A stretch of 64,000 bases of DNA from Chrysomallon squamiferum (lineage: Eukaryota > Animalia > Mollusca): contig CM022665.1 in NCBI GenBank assembly GCA_012295275.1, positions 28,148,001 through 28,212,000 of the forward strand. The letters are read 5' to 3'. Each line of letters starts with the position of its first letter. Positions within the stretch are counted from its first letter, which is position 1. The notes beneath the pieces are model-generated. The model did not search any database and was not told the origin of the DNA. It worked only from the letters and a program-made list of their open reading frames with translations. The position numbers and the translations under genes were made by a program. Shown here piece after piece: positions 1 through 13,396 of this stretch.

Positions 1-3000
1 GGATCCTTTTCAAGATGGAGAACACTGTTGAAAACAAATTGATGAAACATTCTGATGTTGCTCAGGTCATCCTGGTTAAAGTTGGCATCATCCTTCAGTA
101 GCTGGATAGAAACAGTGACCTTTCCCGACCTGGTATATACTGGGAATGAAGGCACCTAAAATGTAGAAATAATATATTACATAACAATTGATGAATTTTG
201 TTTATAAATATTCCCTGTCTGAAATCATTTTATGTACAATTTGTTTTTGTTTTCTTAATGTAATCTCTCATAATCTTGCTTTAATTTCCATTACATAAAC
301 TTTTATGAACTTTTTAGTATATTTTATGCATTTAAAATTTCATCATAGCAAGTTTAATGGATGTATAAATGATTGAACAGGTACTTTTTTTTTCTTGTTT
401 TTTTTTTTTTTAGGTTTTTTTAGGGGACACACAGTGTTTATTATCACTTAAAATAAAAATTTAAAAGAACATTCTGAAAAATGTCCAGTTTTGTCAAGTT
501 CATTGACTCTGGTGATCTAATTTTCAATAACTGCTTGGTTTTGCTGTGAATAAATGTGATATATGTTTTTGCATCACCCTCATTATTTTATTGAATATAT
601 ATATATATACATCTTCAGCTATTTTAAAGTTTTGTTGAGATCCAGATTCTGAACTGAAATGGCGAAATCAACCCTATCTGGGCCCCTTGAATTTTTACAA
701 TGGATAACTTTCCTAATGTATAACCAACATTGTGTTAAAATTTCAGCCAAATCTGATAAAAAAATATTTAAAAATTAAGATTTCACCACATTCCCTTAAA
801 ATAAAATATGAAAAAGATAGTATAAATGAAAAAATATGAAAAAGAAGTTGCTGTAAAAAATATATAAACAATTAAAGAAACAAAAAACCCCATGAGTTTT
901 ACATTTTTGCACTAAAATGATCAAATGACTATCAGAAAATGAATTTGATAAATACCACACTTACATTGGGTATTGGTCTTGCAGTAAAAATGCCAAAAGA
1001 CTGTGTGGTCTTTTCTGGTGCATAGATTCGACGTCCACGAGTGTTCTGTTCATCTGTGATTGGACCAGTTAGTTCCATGTAGATGTGATAGATATAACAT
1101 GGCTCATCAGGCTTTGGATGACTGTTGATAAAAGCATCAGCTGACTAAAGAAAAACCAATTATATATATTTTTCAAAATAATAAATTAAAAAAAAATTAA
1201 TAAAATAAACATGAAGTGTTTTGCAAAGATTCATAGAATTTACATAAATTTTAATGTGTAAAATTTAATAAACCAGTTTTAAGATCTCTATATTTAAGAA
1301 TAAAAACTGATTCATTTTTTTATATGTTATTTGAGATAAATTATTTGCAGTTTAATTTAATTTTCATCTTTCAGTAACAGTGAGAATTATTTTTAGGATA
1401 AACAAAACTGAGATAAATATACAGATATATATTTGATATTTTTAATATTTGTAAAAGAAATGATTCAGTTCATATGATTATATTCCACCATTTATCAAAG
1501 TACTCTTCAGTGATTTATGTCAATAAATTTGTACACATTTGTAAATAAAATAATTTATAAAACAAAAAGATAAAAAGAAACAAACACCACAAATTTATAT
1601 TCAAGCTTGAGCTTAATTTTTGTTGGGTTTTTGGCTTGTCTTTTTTAAAAACACTATCTGTAATAAAATAAACATTAACCTTTTTGAAGTAGTATTGTTT
1701 TCTCTTTGTTGTGCCAGGTCTAGCTTGCCCAGGTAAATCTTCTTCATCATCCCACTCCTCCTCCTCCTCCTCATACATAAACATTTCTTTACCAACTGGC
1801 ATCAAGTTATCATCTAGCTCTCCTGGAAAAAATTCAACATTCTCAAATAAAACAATAATTATTAATATATTTTTAATACCAAAAAATTTCATACAGAGTA
1901 TTTTTTACTTTATTATGATAATAAATGTTCTTTAACTTTCTGAAATTATACATAAAATAACTATTATTACACTTTTTTGACATTTAAACCTCATACTAAC
2001 CATTCCATTTTAAAAGTGATTTAGCAGTTAAATCTATAATAATTAACTTTCTATTATAGCTTATTTAATTTTCTCAAACTGCATATACAAAGATATTACA
2101 CATTATATCTTAAATTTTAATTCTTAAAATAGCAAACTGAATTGCTAAAATTCTTGAAAAGCAAAAAGAAAAGAATGGTTGAATATTTGTTTAATGGACA
2201 TCTCAAATTATTTTAAAATATTAATGATTTTAAGTGTCAGCCTTGTGTTTTATGAGATGCTGTGAAAACTGTTGTTGATACAACATTCAGAACTGACATT
2301 AATTCATAGTAACAGAGCTTTTACAAGCATCTTTCTCCATGAAAAAATAACAAAAAGGAACACAAATAAATTAGTGGCAAGGCATAGCCTAAGTGAAAAC
2401 TGACTCGCACATAACATATACAATAATCAAAGGGTGAACAAGTAAATTAATAAGACACCTTCTTTATGAAGAATCTCACACATTTTCAGAGCAACAGCCA
2501 TTTTTGCCAGTTTCTTGGATGACATAGCTGGACCCTGAAATTTTAAAGACAAGAAGGATTATTAAAAGATTAGACACAAATATAAAATATTTTGATGAAT
2601 AGTAAGACAATGCCCATTAGTAATAAACTGGACTATTATTTATGCCAATCCTGTCAGATACATGTTCACATGAGTTACATATGTATTTTGTATACTATTA
2701 ATCTCTACTAAAAAGTTTTAAATAAATTTTAGTAAATTTTAGATATATTCCTCCAAAAAAAAAAAACTTTTAAAGAATAAATAATGATAATAATAATAAT
2801 AACATTTTTATTTTAAAATAAATAAAACAAAGATGCAATAATTTCATACATTCTCAGAAGTACAAATTATACTTACAAGAATTTCATCTTTTATTGGGGA
2901 GTTTACAGGCAAACGTAGAGAGGCTTGGTACATGGGAGGTGCAGTTTCAGGGACCTGGCTAACCACACAGTGTGGAGTAAGATGAGTGAAGGCATCACTT

Positions 3001-6000
3001 GGCAATTTAGCACAGTATCTGCAAAATAACAATTTTGATATAACATCTGGTTTGAAAATGAACCTACCTGTAATAATATAAATATTTTACTCTTCTTGCA
3101 ATATTCAACTAAATTATGTATCTACTTGTTTTTGTTTTTTATTGGGTTTTTTAAATTAAATCATACCAACATAATTTTTCAAAGGGTATTACATAATATG
3201 TAGCATGTCATTGTCATTTATTATACATACAGTGTGAAATATAATTATAATGTTAAAACATACAGCTTATCAACCATTACATAATTATATTAGTTAAAAT
3301 GTCAAAAATAAAATTAATTTTTTTCTTCTTCAAACTAACCTATTAACCAGACCAATTGCTGTTAACATTGTAACCTGAGGTGACCCAAATTCAGATCTGG
3401 TTACATATGGAGGCAGAAGATTGACAACAGTTAATGGATCTAATTCTTCTTCAACTTCAGTTTGATCCTTTAATGCCTCGACCAATACCTATTAGTACCT
3501 GAAATTATTAAACTTGTTATTGCAAGATGTAAACATTTATACATTAACCAGATTTAGTATATACAAAATTGCTTAATAACTTGACCAATGCTAATACCTA
3601 TATGCATGATATAAAAATAAAAATAAATAAATAAGTGATTTGAAACATAAACAAAAAAAAAAACATAATTGGATAGTTAAAGTTCCCTTACACTCAAAAT
3701 TGAAAGTTATTAGCAACAGAAATAATAAAAAAAAAAAAAAAACTTGGTGATTGTTATTAGTATCTTCTAGAAACCAAAAAATAAAGTAATATTTACCTCT
3801 TCAATACCTTTGAATATAGCAAGTTCTTCAGAAAAAGCAGCTTTCTTGTCCTCATCAATAAGAATTACAAATTCTGCTGATCTGGCTCGTGCACGTCCCT
3901 AAAATATACAAATTAAATGAAGTCTTTTACATTTAGAAATTATTTATAACAAAAGTATTAAACATGAAGAAAAGAATGCAATATAAATATAATCATTAAG
4001 AACTGTATTTAAACAAACTGAAACTTGTAAATAAGAATCATACTTGTATGAAAAATTAAGACACTTACCTTAGAGAGTGTGTATGATCTGTAGTCTCTGG
4101 GTGGATCAAATCGTACTACAAGATTACATTTTGGAATGTCCACACCTTCCTCTAGCACATTGGTGGAGATGAGAAGATTGAGATCTTGCATGCGAAATTT
4201 CCTAAGTACCTCCTCCTGCTTTCTGTAGGATTTGCCTGTTTCCTTTTTAACCATGCGACTCCTGCCCCTCTGATTTGTTACATGGCTACTGCGGAGAAAA
4301 CATAAGTTTTCATCCCAGGCACATACCTCTTCAATCATTTTATTTAGGGCAAATGCAACATACCTCTGTTCAACAAACACAACACCTACAAGATGTTTCT
4401 CATCCTCATCAAAAGCATTGGTCATGTTGTTGTTTTCAGTGTTGACAACACTGCCTCGTTTAACAGCTATGTGGATCTGTTTAGATGGTCGGCAAGACTT
4501 TTCATAATCATCATCAGAATCTGACAGATCCATGGAATCATCAGACATATCCGAGTCATCAGTCATGTCCATATCATCATTACTAATAATCATAAAATCT
4601 AGTTCAGGTTTGTATTTCCTAAGTAAGCTAACCAGTTGACATACTTTAGGGGTGGTATATTCTAACAGTTCGTTGACATCATAATCTGGAGTGAAATTCT
4701 GTTCAAATACTCGAGTGACGAGGCGCATTTGGCTAGCACCATAACGTAGAAAGCGTTTATGTACAGCAATTGACTCACTTTTGTCTATTTTTTCCAGCTG
4801 TGTGACAAGCATTTCAGCAATCCGTGCAGCACACCATGGACCCAGTCTGTACAGAATGTTGTGACATTCACACAACGCATTTTCAGGTATCCTTCTAGGA
4901 TCTCTGCGGGTTTCTCCTTCATAGTCTATTTTGCAGTCATGTAGGAAGTAAATGGCATTTTCTATAATGGTGCCAATTTTTGACGTGAGGCCTGTTGGAT
5001 CTTCTCTGTTCTTACATTCATAGACAAATTCTGTGGGTCTTGAACAGTATCTTTCTGAGGTAACTAACATGGATGTTTCAGCTCTGGAATGTAAAGTTGC
5101 TTCCAATGATGTTATGCTATTTCTCAGTAGATCTGGATCATGACATCGACTGCTGAGTATGGAAGTGGTCAAGCCAAGTATCTGAGGTGGGTTTGTGCAA
5201 TTCTTGGCATATTTCATGATGTGAACATATGAATGATCATCAACTGCATAGTGACAGTCATCAAAGACAAGGAGGCTGACATCTTCAAGAGAGATGTGGT
5301 TGTTCTCTAATGCAAACTGGCAAGCATCAGCGGTCATGACCAGCACTTGATGTTTTTCCAACTCATGCTGCCATCTCTCAGGTAACCATGTCTCGATGTC
5401 ATCATCTATAGTGTATTTGCCAACTGTCAGATCAGTGTGGTGGTGGAGAATGAGAAACTGATTTTCAGTGGCAATTTCTATTAAACAAAATAAGAAAATG
5501 TTTAAATAATACATTTCTTAACTTAAAAATTTCACTAACTGAAAATTACTTTTTCAATGTTATGAAATTTAATTTAGAATTTTCTAGCAACACTAACCTG
5601 ATACAGAAATGTATAATGTACGCTTCCCTCTATCTTTGAGCGAATGCCTTACAAGGTGGGCTAACTCCTTTATTACCAAGAGAGCAATGAAAGCCTTCCC
5701 TGAGTTGCTACCCAAACATACAATGGTGTTTTGGCGAAGAGCTGAATCCAGTAACTCTACCTGAAATGATAAATTATTTTACTTTTACTGCAATGTATAA
5801 AATTTGTCAGTACAAAATAACCCACCAATGACTTCCAGAATAAAAGGAAAAAAAAAATTCTTCGTTAAAGGGAATTTGTACATTTAGTGATTTAAACTTC
5901 CTCTGCAAATATGAGAGCTGTGTCTGTCATGAGATCACTGTTTGATTGAAAAAGGAGATTCAACAGATATAATCATACATGGCCAATCACCACTGTTGTA

Positions 6001-6174
6001 CCAATGCTTCAGATGTCAGCTACAGAGTATGTAAAAAAAAACTCACTTCAAAATCATTTTATGTATTATTGCAAATACCTGATAGGTCCTTGGTGTAAAT
6101 GTGTCTGTTGGGATGTCTTCATGTCGCAAGAATTTGGGAAGCTTCTTTGCAAATTCAGGCCCCACCTTAACCAT
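1..6174 (-). CDS. DICER1: Dicer-1 endoribonuclease, 5' part only (helicase, DUF283, start of platform domain); continues beyond left edge
   Basis: Exons with GT-AG and consistent phases: 6174-6079, 5760-5598, 5477-4069, 3898-3797, 3488-3340, 3018-2877, 2534-2459, 1822-1680, 1144-965, 155-<1. Translation includes FTPRTYQVELL, NTIVCLG..GK, LEEGVDIPKCNLVVRFD, SKGRAR, NRYCAKLPSDAFTHL, RPGTTKRKQYY and FPVYTRSG, all Dicer-1 signatures. A probable upstream exon ends at the donor at 6833 (ATGCAG|GTGAGG) and could add Met-Gln. Confidence 0.97.
634..799 (-). mobile_element. Terminal fragment of a TTAA-flanked non-autonomous DNA transposon (Kolobok-like), in a Dicer intron
   Basis: The reverse complement (TTAAGGGAATGTGGTGAAATCT...AGATAGGGTTGATTTCGC) aligns with 27107-27240 (TTAAAGGGAGATGAGGTGGTGAAATCT...AGATAGGGTTGATTTTGC). 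Both start TTAA followed by purines. The opposite end was not identified. Confidence 0.55.
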
Positions 6175-7074
6175 CTGTGGAATGAGAAACAAGAAGTCAT
6201 TTTAAAATGTAAATATTTGTGCAAATGAAAAAACTAAATATACTGAGAACAGTATTTACTGCAGTTATTATGTGGTGCAGCTGTAACTGTTTAAATGTTA
6301 CATTTTAAAAGATAAAAAACTGATAAAAACAAATTATTTCCTTGTAAACATAATTTGTATAAAGAGAGATTAATATAGTTGATAATAAGTAAAAAGCCAT
6401 TGAAAATGGATGAAAATGGTGACAACACTGTCTTACTGTTTTACATAAAACTAAAAGAATGACAATAATAACGTTTCTATTCTGAGATTCCTAATCGATT
6501 AATTTGAGATAAATGAGGTCTGTAACAATATCTGGTGAGAATGTAACTCAGTATATACAGACTTGATACAAATGAGTAAACTAAAACTCATTAGTGAACC
6601 AATCTGTTTCTAAGTTATGCCTATGCCGCTGTGAAGGCTATGAATTGTCATAGTATTAACTTATTCCGCTATTGTGTTATTTATGTATAATATGCAGTAT
6701 AGTTACTGGATTCATGTTACATTCTGAAATTACAAATCGAGTTCACTCGAAGTCAGCTGTAAGGCGAAATAATTTTTTACGAAATTACAGAAGTTAGTAT
6801 ATTATCAGAGCGACGTGACCTAGAATCCTCACCTGCATCTGTTAGTGTTATCTTTCAACTTCACAGAACGAAAATTGATGGTTCTACTGGAGCAAACATA
6901 AAACCCAAACAAACATTTAATGACACCAAAAACGAACAGTTTATACTTTACCCTGATGATGGTTTCAATACTGGAAGGTGCTGGTTCACTCTGAATTAAT
7001 ACATAGTTTTACGATTTGTCACAAATTGCCTATTTAGTATAAATATGAAATCATTTCTGAGGTTTATGTTGACC

Positions 7075-7445
7075 AGCACATCTACGCATGCGTAAAAGTG
7101 AAAAATAGGAAGTATTTATATTTCCTGACTTTGAACGGTCTAAAGGTACAACCTCTTACAAAATACCATTACTGAAACTGCGAAACGCAAATAAATTACA
7201 TTCTTCTTTTCACACTTATACGGAAAGAAAGGATATCGATAAATGTTTTAAAAATGAAAATATCTGTAAAACATTTTAATAATATTTAACATTTAAAAAG
7301 TATTTTTTTTATGCTTCAAATAATGATACCATTATTATTAAAATGAGTGGTAGGACTATCAGTTTTATATCTTTTTAACAGGTTACCCTTCGACTACTTC
7401 CGAGTTCATTTGAATAACAACATTAAAAATTTTCCGCGAAAATGT
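7075..7445. promoter_or_regulatory. Probable bidirectional promoter for Dicer-1 and FIBP
   Basis: Divergent ATGs at 6174 and 7529 with local CpG enrichment between them. Palindrome TACGCATGCGTA (7083-7094, NRF1-like), GGAAGT and ACTTCCG ETS-like cores (about 7108 and 7396), TTTCCGCGAAA E2F-like site (about 7431). Confidence 0.6.
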
Positions 7446-7528
7446 ATCAGCAACTCCGATAGTTTTTCATATATTTATATTTTTCTTTATCTGAATACTC
7501 ATTTGTGAGTTGGATGTTCCAGTGTGAC

Positions 7529-8996
7529 ATGTCAGATGTTGATGTTTTTGTTGGAAACCATACTATTATAGATACAGATTTGTATGAATTATGGCTGAAA
7601 GGATGTTTAGGTTTGCATTCCACTTGAGATTTAGTCATACTAATAGTAATACTTTCAATTCCCAGTCTTTATTATTTATTTTTTTATTTATTATAATAAT
7701 AATTATTATTATTAACTAATTAGTATCTGTGTAGTGTGTTACTATTATTCACAATTCAGATTTATTGTTGAAATACCCAACGCTTAAGCCTTAAGACAGA
7801 CCAATGCTAGCAGTAATATTTCATATCATATTTAATTGAAAGTAATAAAAAATGTTGTTTTGGGGTTTTTTTTAAATTTATTTATTTTATTTTATTTTAT
7901 TTTATTTTATTTTTTTTTTTTTATTGTTTTTTGTTTTTGTTTTTTGAGGTAGAGACATCTAAACAGTTTGTTTTGTTTTTAGTAAACGAAGCAGCAAGTA
8001 TTTTACAAAAGCAAGGCATTCTGCAGACATTCAATGCAAACATCGATGATTTGATAAGTGACACTGTGGACAACTTCAGACTGTTTGTAAATCTTGAAAA
8101 ACTGCTGAAGAATCCCACTAAAGTTCAAGACCAACAGATTTATCAGATTGATCCAGATACACAGAAAATGCTTATCCAAAGGTTTGTCTCAAATTCAGAA
8201 TGATAATGAATGAATATTTAAAAACAAAATGCTTTAAAAATAAAGGTTTCTAAATTTAAAAACATTTTGACCGATCCATTTTATCTTCTTTTTTTTCGTT
8301 GTTTCTCCTTTTGAGCTAATGCGCGTTGAGAAGTATTGTTACTGCAGCCTATAACGTGTCACCTCCATATTCTAAACTGTTGCACTAAAAATTAAAATTT
8401 AGAATAAAATGAGTCATAAACATTGTAGACATAAATTTTATTAAATATTTTAACATGTATATAATAGAGCTTGATTATATAAAAATTTATATTTTTGTAA
8501 AAAGAAATGGCACCCATTTACATAATTTTGAGATAGATGTAATCATGGACATTTTATTTAAAATGTTTCTTAGAACTGTACCGTCTTATATTCAGAAATA
8601 CAATTTCTTTTAAACAGTTCTGAACAATATAACCATTTTGTATAATTTATTCCTACTTTCCTCATATTTTTTATTTACTATATATATATATATATATATA
8701 TGTTGTTTGTTTTTACTAGATACTATCAGTTTGATGCACCTGTAGTTAGAGAGATGCTGGGAAAGAAGTTGACATCCAGACATAGAAAAGATCTTGATGA
8801 TGTGAGTGAAAAAACAGGAATTCCTCTTCGAAGTTGCAGAAGACAGGTTAGTGACAATAACATCTAGTTTTTATAAAACTTTAAAACAAATAAAAGAATA
8901 AAAAATTGTTTTCACATGAGCAGGAGCAAGTACAAGATTACAGAAAAGCATACATCATCACTGAAACTAAAGGAGTTTCATTATAAGGAATTTAAA

Positions 8997-9029
<33 letters not shown>

Positions 9030-12000
9030 AAACATAATAATAATAATAAGATAAAGAATTTTTTATATGAAGTTTATTAAAAATTTGGTTTGAACCTCTA
9101 ATTTTATTTCACCTGTAGTTTGACAATATCAAAAGAGTATTCAAAACAGTTGAAGAAATGAAGGGATCTTTGGTGGAAAATATTCAAACACATTATCTCT
9201 TGTCAGAGGAACTAGCCAGGTAGATCAATATTTGATTAAAGAAATTTTATCTTAATTATCATGAAACATCTAAGCCCTTTTTCAAAAAAAATATTGATTC
9301 CATTTTAGAATCGTTATGTTTTTCAATTTGAAATTTAATGTGACCAGTGTAAAGACTGTAGAATCCTGCGACTAATTGCAATAATAAATAAATACACTCT
9401 CATTTCCAGCATCAGTGTATTCATCATTTGATTTCTCTCTGATTTTGTAAAATTATCTTTTTGTAGATACTACAAATATTGCTAAGGAATCTGTGTCATT
9501 CTTGATTTTTGATTTGACTGCTGTCAAAATTTGTATAATTTCATATTTGATGTTAATAATTAAAATATTTACTTAAATTCAAAGCTTTCAGTATTTAAAT
9601 TTGTAAAATATTAATAATAATAATTGTAATAATAATTTGACTGATTTTATTGTTATTTCAGAGATTATGCAGCTATTGTGTTTATCACCAACAACAGATT
9701 TGAGACAAGGAAGAAAAAACTTAGTTACCTCAGTTTCAAAGATTTTGCCTTTTGTGCAAACCTTATGATTGCCAACTGGTCCTACAGTTCTATAGGTACA
9801 AATAGAATTTTCAACATTTAGAATAATATATCCTTGTATCTATCACTTTTATCTAACTTATGTAGTTAACTTTTGTGGAAAAGAGATTTATTTATTCCTG
9901 GGCCATTGACTTTGATTAATTTATTAGAGACAATATTAATAATAATTTTTACATATTTATATTATTAGTATTGATTAGTAACTGAATAGCTTGTTTTATA
10001 TGTAAATATTTTGAATAACTTTAGAATCATGCTTTATATTTGAATATTTTGAATGATTTTGGAATTTTGCATTTTAAGTGAATATTTTACATGATTTAAT
10101 ATTTTTACATGATTTACCCATTTAACTGATATTTTGTTAATTATAAAGATATGAATCTGCTGAAAAAACAATTACAGGCAATTTTTAAACGTAATTAATG
10201 TATTTTCTTTATATTTTGACAAGGAATTGGCTATAGCTTGGCAGTGGAGCAATCAGCTGAGGCACATTGCTTACAGAATCAGTCCTCAGTGCACCCATTG
10301 GGCTGTATTTTGCTCCAATCTGTATTCCATGATGGGTCAAATAAAGGTTAATGTAATGACTCTCTTATGTATGTGATGTTGCACACATAAGAAACCTTGC
10401 TGCTCATTGCCATGGAGACTATCATTGCAAATCATATGTTTGACACATTGTTTCTGTTAATGTGTTGAGGAGTTAGTTACTCTTTCATTCAGTCATTAAT
10501 TTTCATGTCTGATTTTATTTTTTCAGAATGCAAATCACATGAGGATATGGATGTTGATTTAGATCGTGACTTTCTGCTGCAACTGAGAGAACTCAAGATT
10601 TTGATGGACAAAGATTACCTGGATGAACACAAAAGGTGAATTCTGTCTTAAACATTTAACAATAAACTTCATAATGATAATCGTCTTGGTTACTATTTTA
10701 TATACTATTTGAACCAAATAATTGAATGTTCTCATAGTCACGATTAGTGAATTTGGTGATGGACAGTAAATATATATTTTTTTCCTTCTTTAGTTTTACT
10801 GTGTTTCAGTATTTCATGCCTTAATGCCTGTATTGTCTTCAAATATTTCTGCTTTAGTTAGCATTTTATGTTTTTGTTTTTTTACTTCTTTCAGCACAGT
10901 TTTAAAATTGGTAAATGGAAAAATAGCTGAAAAGAACTATAATGACCTGGATACTAACTTCAAGGTAATGTTTTCATGTTATATTATAAAAGAATATAGC
11001 CAATCACTTAATTTTCAAAGTCTATAACAGTTTGTTGTTGTTGTTTTTTAAGATATAAAAATATACCATAGATGCATTTGAACCAGTTGTATGCATACTG
11101 AGGACTAATTACCAGTGTAATGATACTTATACATTTAAATAAGGCAACAAAAATGAAGGAAAATTAGTACAGGTAATGAAATGTTTTTTTGTCAAAAATC
11201 AGTTGACATAAACTTAAGATTTTTTTATTATTATTGTTTTGTATATTTCAGAACTTCTCAAAGACAATATTAAATATAGCAAGTGGTCTGAATCATAGCA
11301 AGGAGTCTAGAGATATATTTTTAGATCTTTATGAAAAGGTATGTTTGGTTAAATTTTGTGAACATTTGGTGTTTTAACTAAGCTTTTAAGCTGAGCATCC
11401 TATAAAATGTTTTGACTAGTAATTTTATGAACAGTACTATGGGTTCCTCTCCCCCTACTTACCCTTTAACAAATATTTGTAAATAGTGCATCATAAGTGA
11501 GAAATAATTATCATCATTAGTTTTGTATCTTTAATAATACTTTCTTTTCAGTTTCTTTGGTTATATAAAAATTAGCTTATTTTATCAGCATTATCAAGGA
11601 CAGTTTTATTTTACCTATCTGGGCTTTTTTTATCTTGATGATTAATATTTTGTTTTTACAGTTTCATCCATCTTTAACTTTTATTCCCTGTTCAAATTTT
11701 TAAAGTTTTGCTTTTGTTCTTTTTCAGTTGATTGAACCATGCCTCCAGAGTTCATGGTCACGACATGACCTTAACCTTATGTTAACTGCATACAGAGATG
11801 CTGTGTCTCAAATGGGATTTTTTACTAAGTAAGTAAAAAGAAAATTACTGAAAATATTTAAATTCAGTGGATTTTTGGTTTTTGGTTTTTGTTTTAATGT
11901 GTGCATTTGTAACAGGGCCCACTGCATTAAACATCTTGGATGTTATATTAAGATTCAGTCTAGGGTAACAAGGTGTATTAATGCCACCTAACAAGGAATA

Positions 12001-13396
12001 TAAATGCTAAATTGACAGCAGTCTGTATAAATCAATAATTCTATCTTATCCACTAGGAAAATAAACACAAGTTAAGATTCACGTTAATTATTTAATTATG
12101 ATATGCAGATGACTTGATAATAATACACCATACAATTGACAATACAGTAATTCTGATTAATGTTACGAGTAAGGTCATACTGGGAACCAAGACAAAATAA
12201 GTTCTGCACGGAGGACAGATTAAACAATTAAAATTTTAGGTGTATTAAATGTTATTGATGCAGGTTAATTGCATATTGCACCCTATCAGAATAAGAATAG
12301 ACAATTGCTTACCATACTTGTCCATAAAGACAGTGTCATTCAAAAACATTAGTTCCCCACCTGACTGAGCTCTCATGTTGGCCTTTTCTTTCTTTCCTTA
12401 ATTATGAAGTGCCAGCCTTTTTAAAACAACACCATGGAGTTGAAAAATTGGTGGCAAAAATAAAAAGCGTTGATATAACTGAAGAAACAATTAGATACCC
12501 AATTTCAATTCAATGGCAAAAAAATAAAAGGCACAGATTTGATTGGAGTAACAATTAGTTATGCACTTTCAATTCCAGGACATAAAAATAAGCAGGCAGA
12601 TGTTGCAAAAAGATAAATTTGTTATTCAATCTGAATTCTGTGACAGCATTATGTTTATTCTTAATCTTGTGAAATAAAAGAAATGAGACATTATTTTAAT
12701 TGTTAAAATGTTTGCAGTTGTGTTGACAGTCCATCATTTTTGTTACAAAAATATATTAAAATATTTTTATACTTCTTTTTATTATCGAAGTAACATTTAG
12801 AAACACTCATTAAAATGTATCAAACCTTGTCTATAAATATTGTTTTCAATTTATCTTTGACAAGTGGCAGTGAGTAAGGTGTCAATTATACAAGATTTTT
12901 CTTAATAATTTTAACTCAGTAAGCTTAATTGTTAAGGGTACTGAGAACTAGCACTGGGAATCCATTGTTGTGACATAGCACTATAGCCTGCTTAGCATTT
13001 TCAGCTAATTATCAGTAACAACACCAACACAAATTTGTATTACTTCAAAAGGGTCATATTACATGATATGGTTTCTGTAACTGAAAACATACAACTCATA
13101 GCTATAGTACAGTTAAATCACAGATTGATCAGTATTATTACAGTCGTCAACATTAATTAATAAATGCATTCCTTGCAGTGTTGGGAGAGCATATTATTTT
13201 ATACATGATTTAATTACATGTTTTACAGTATATATTTAATTGATGTTTTATACCGATACAAAACAAATTGTTGTAATAGTATTTAAGATATATGTTTTTA
13301 TTTTGCAGGGTCTCTCCCCAGTTACAAACAGTTTGGGACCGTTACATGAACACGGTAATAAGTTGTGTTTTTCAAATGTATCCTACAGGACAATGA
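7529..13396 (+). CDS. FIBP: Acidic fibroblast growth factor intracellular-binding protein
   Basis: Ten exons: 7529-7610, 7983-8181, 8720-8846, 9119-9219, 9662-9795, 10527-10635, 10895-10964, 11252-11338, 11728-11828, 13309-13396. Translation [15 protein letters not shown].., [64 protein letters not shown] and WDRYM matches FIBP. Confidence 0.97.
10226..10480 (+). mobile_element. Degraded tRNA-derived SINE copy (gastropod-type)
   Basis: GC-richer island in an intron with eroded A/B-box head (GGCTATAGCTTGGCAGTGGAGC..), then CCCATTGGGCT..TTGCTCCA and AAGAAACCTTGCTGCTCATT segments recalled from gastropod SINEs. A weaker similar relic lies near 33173-33300. Recognised from memory only. Confidence 0.45.
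12453..12640. repeat. Degenerate tandem repeat, three units of about 62-63 bp
   Basis: Units start at 12453, 12515 and 12578 and share GG..AAAAATAA..GC..GAT...AATT.G.TA..CA.T.T.AATTC. Confidence 0.6.

Noticed and set aside
4009-5514. 501-aa ORF as a standalone helicase gene
   Set aside because: It is Dicer exon 5477-4069 extended into both introns; its terminal residues are intronic.
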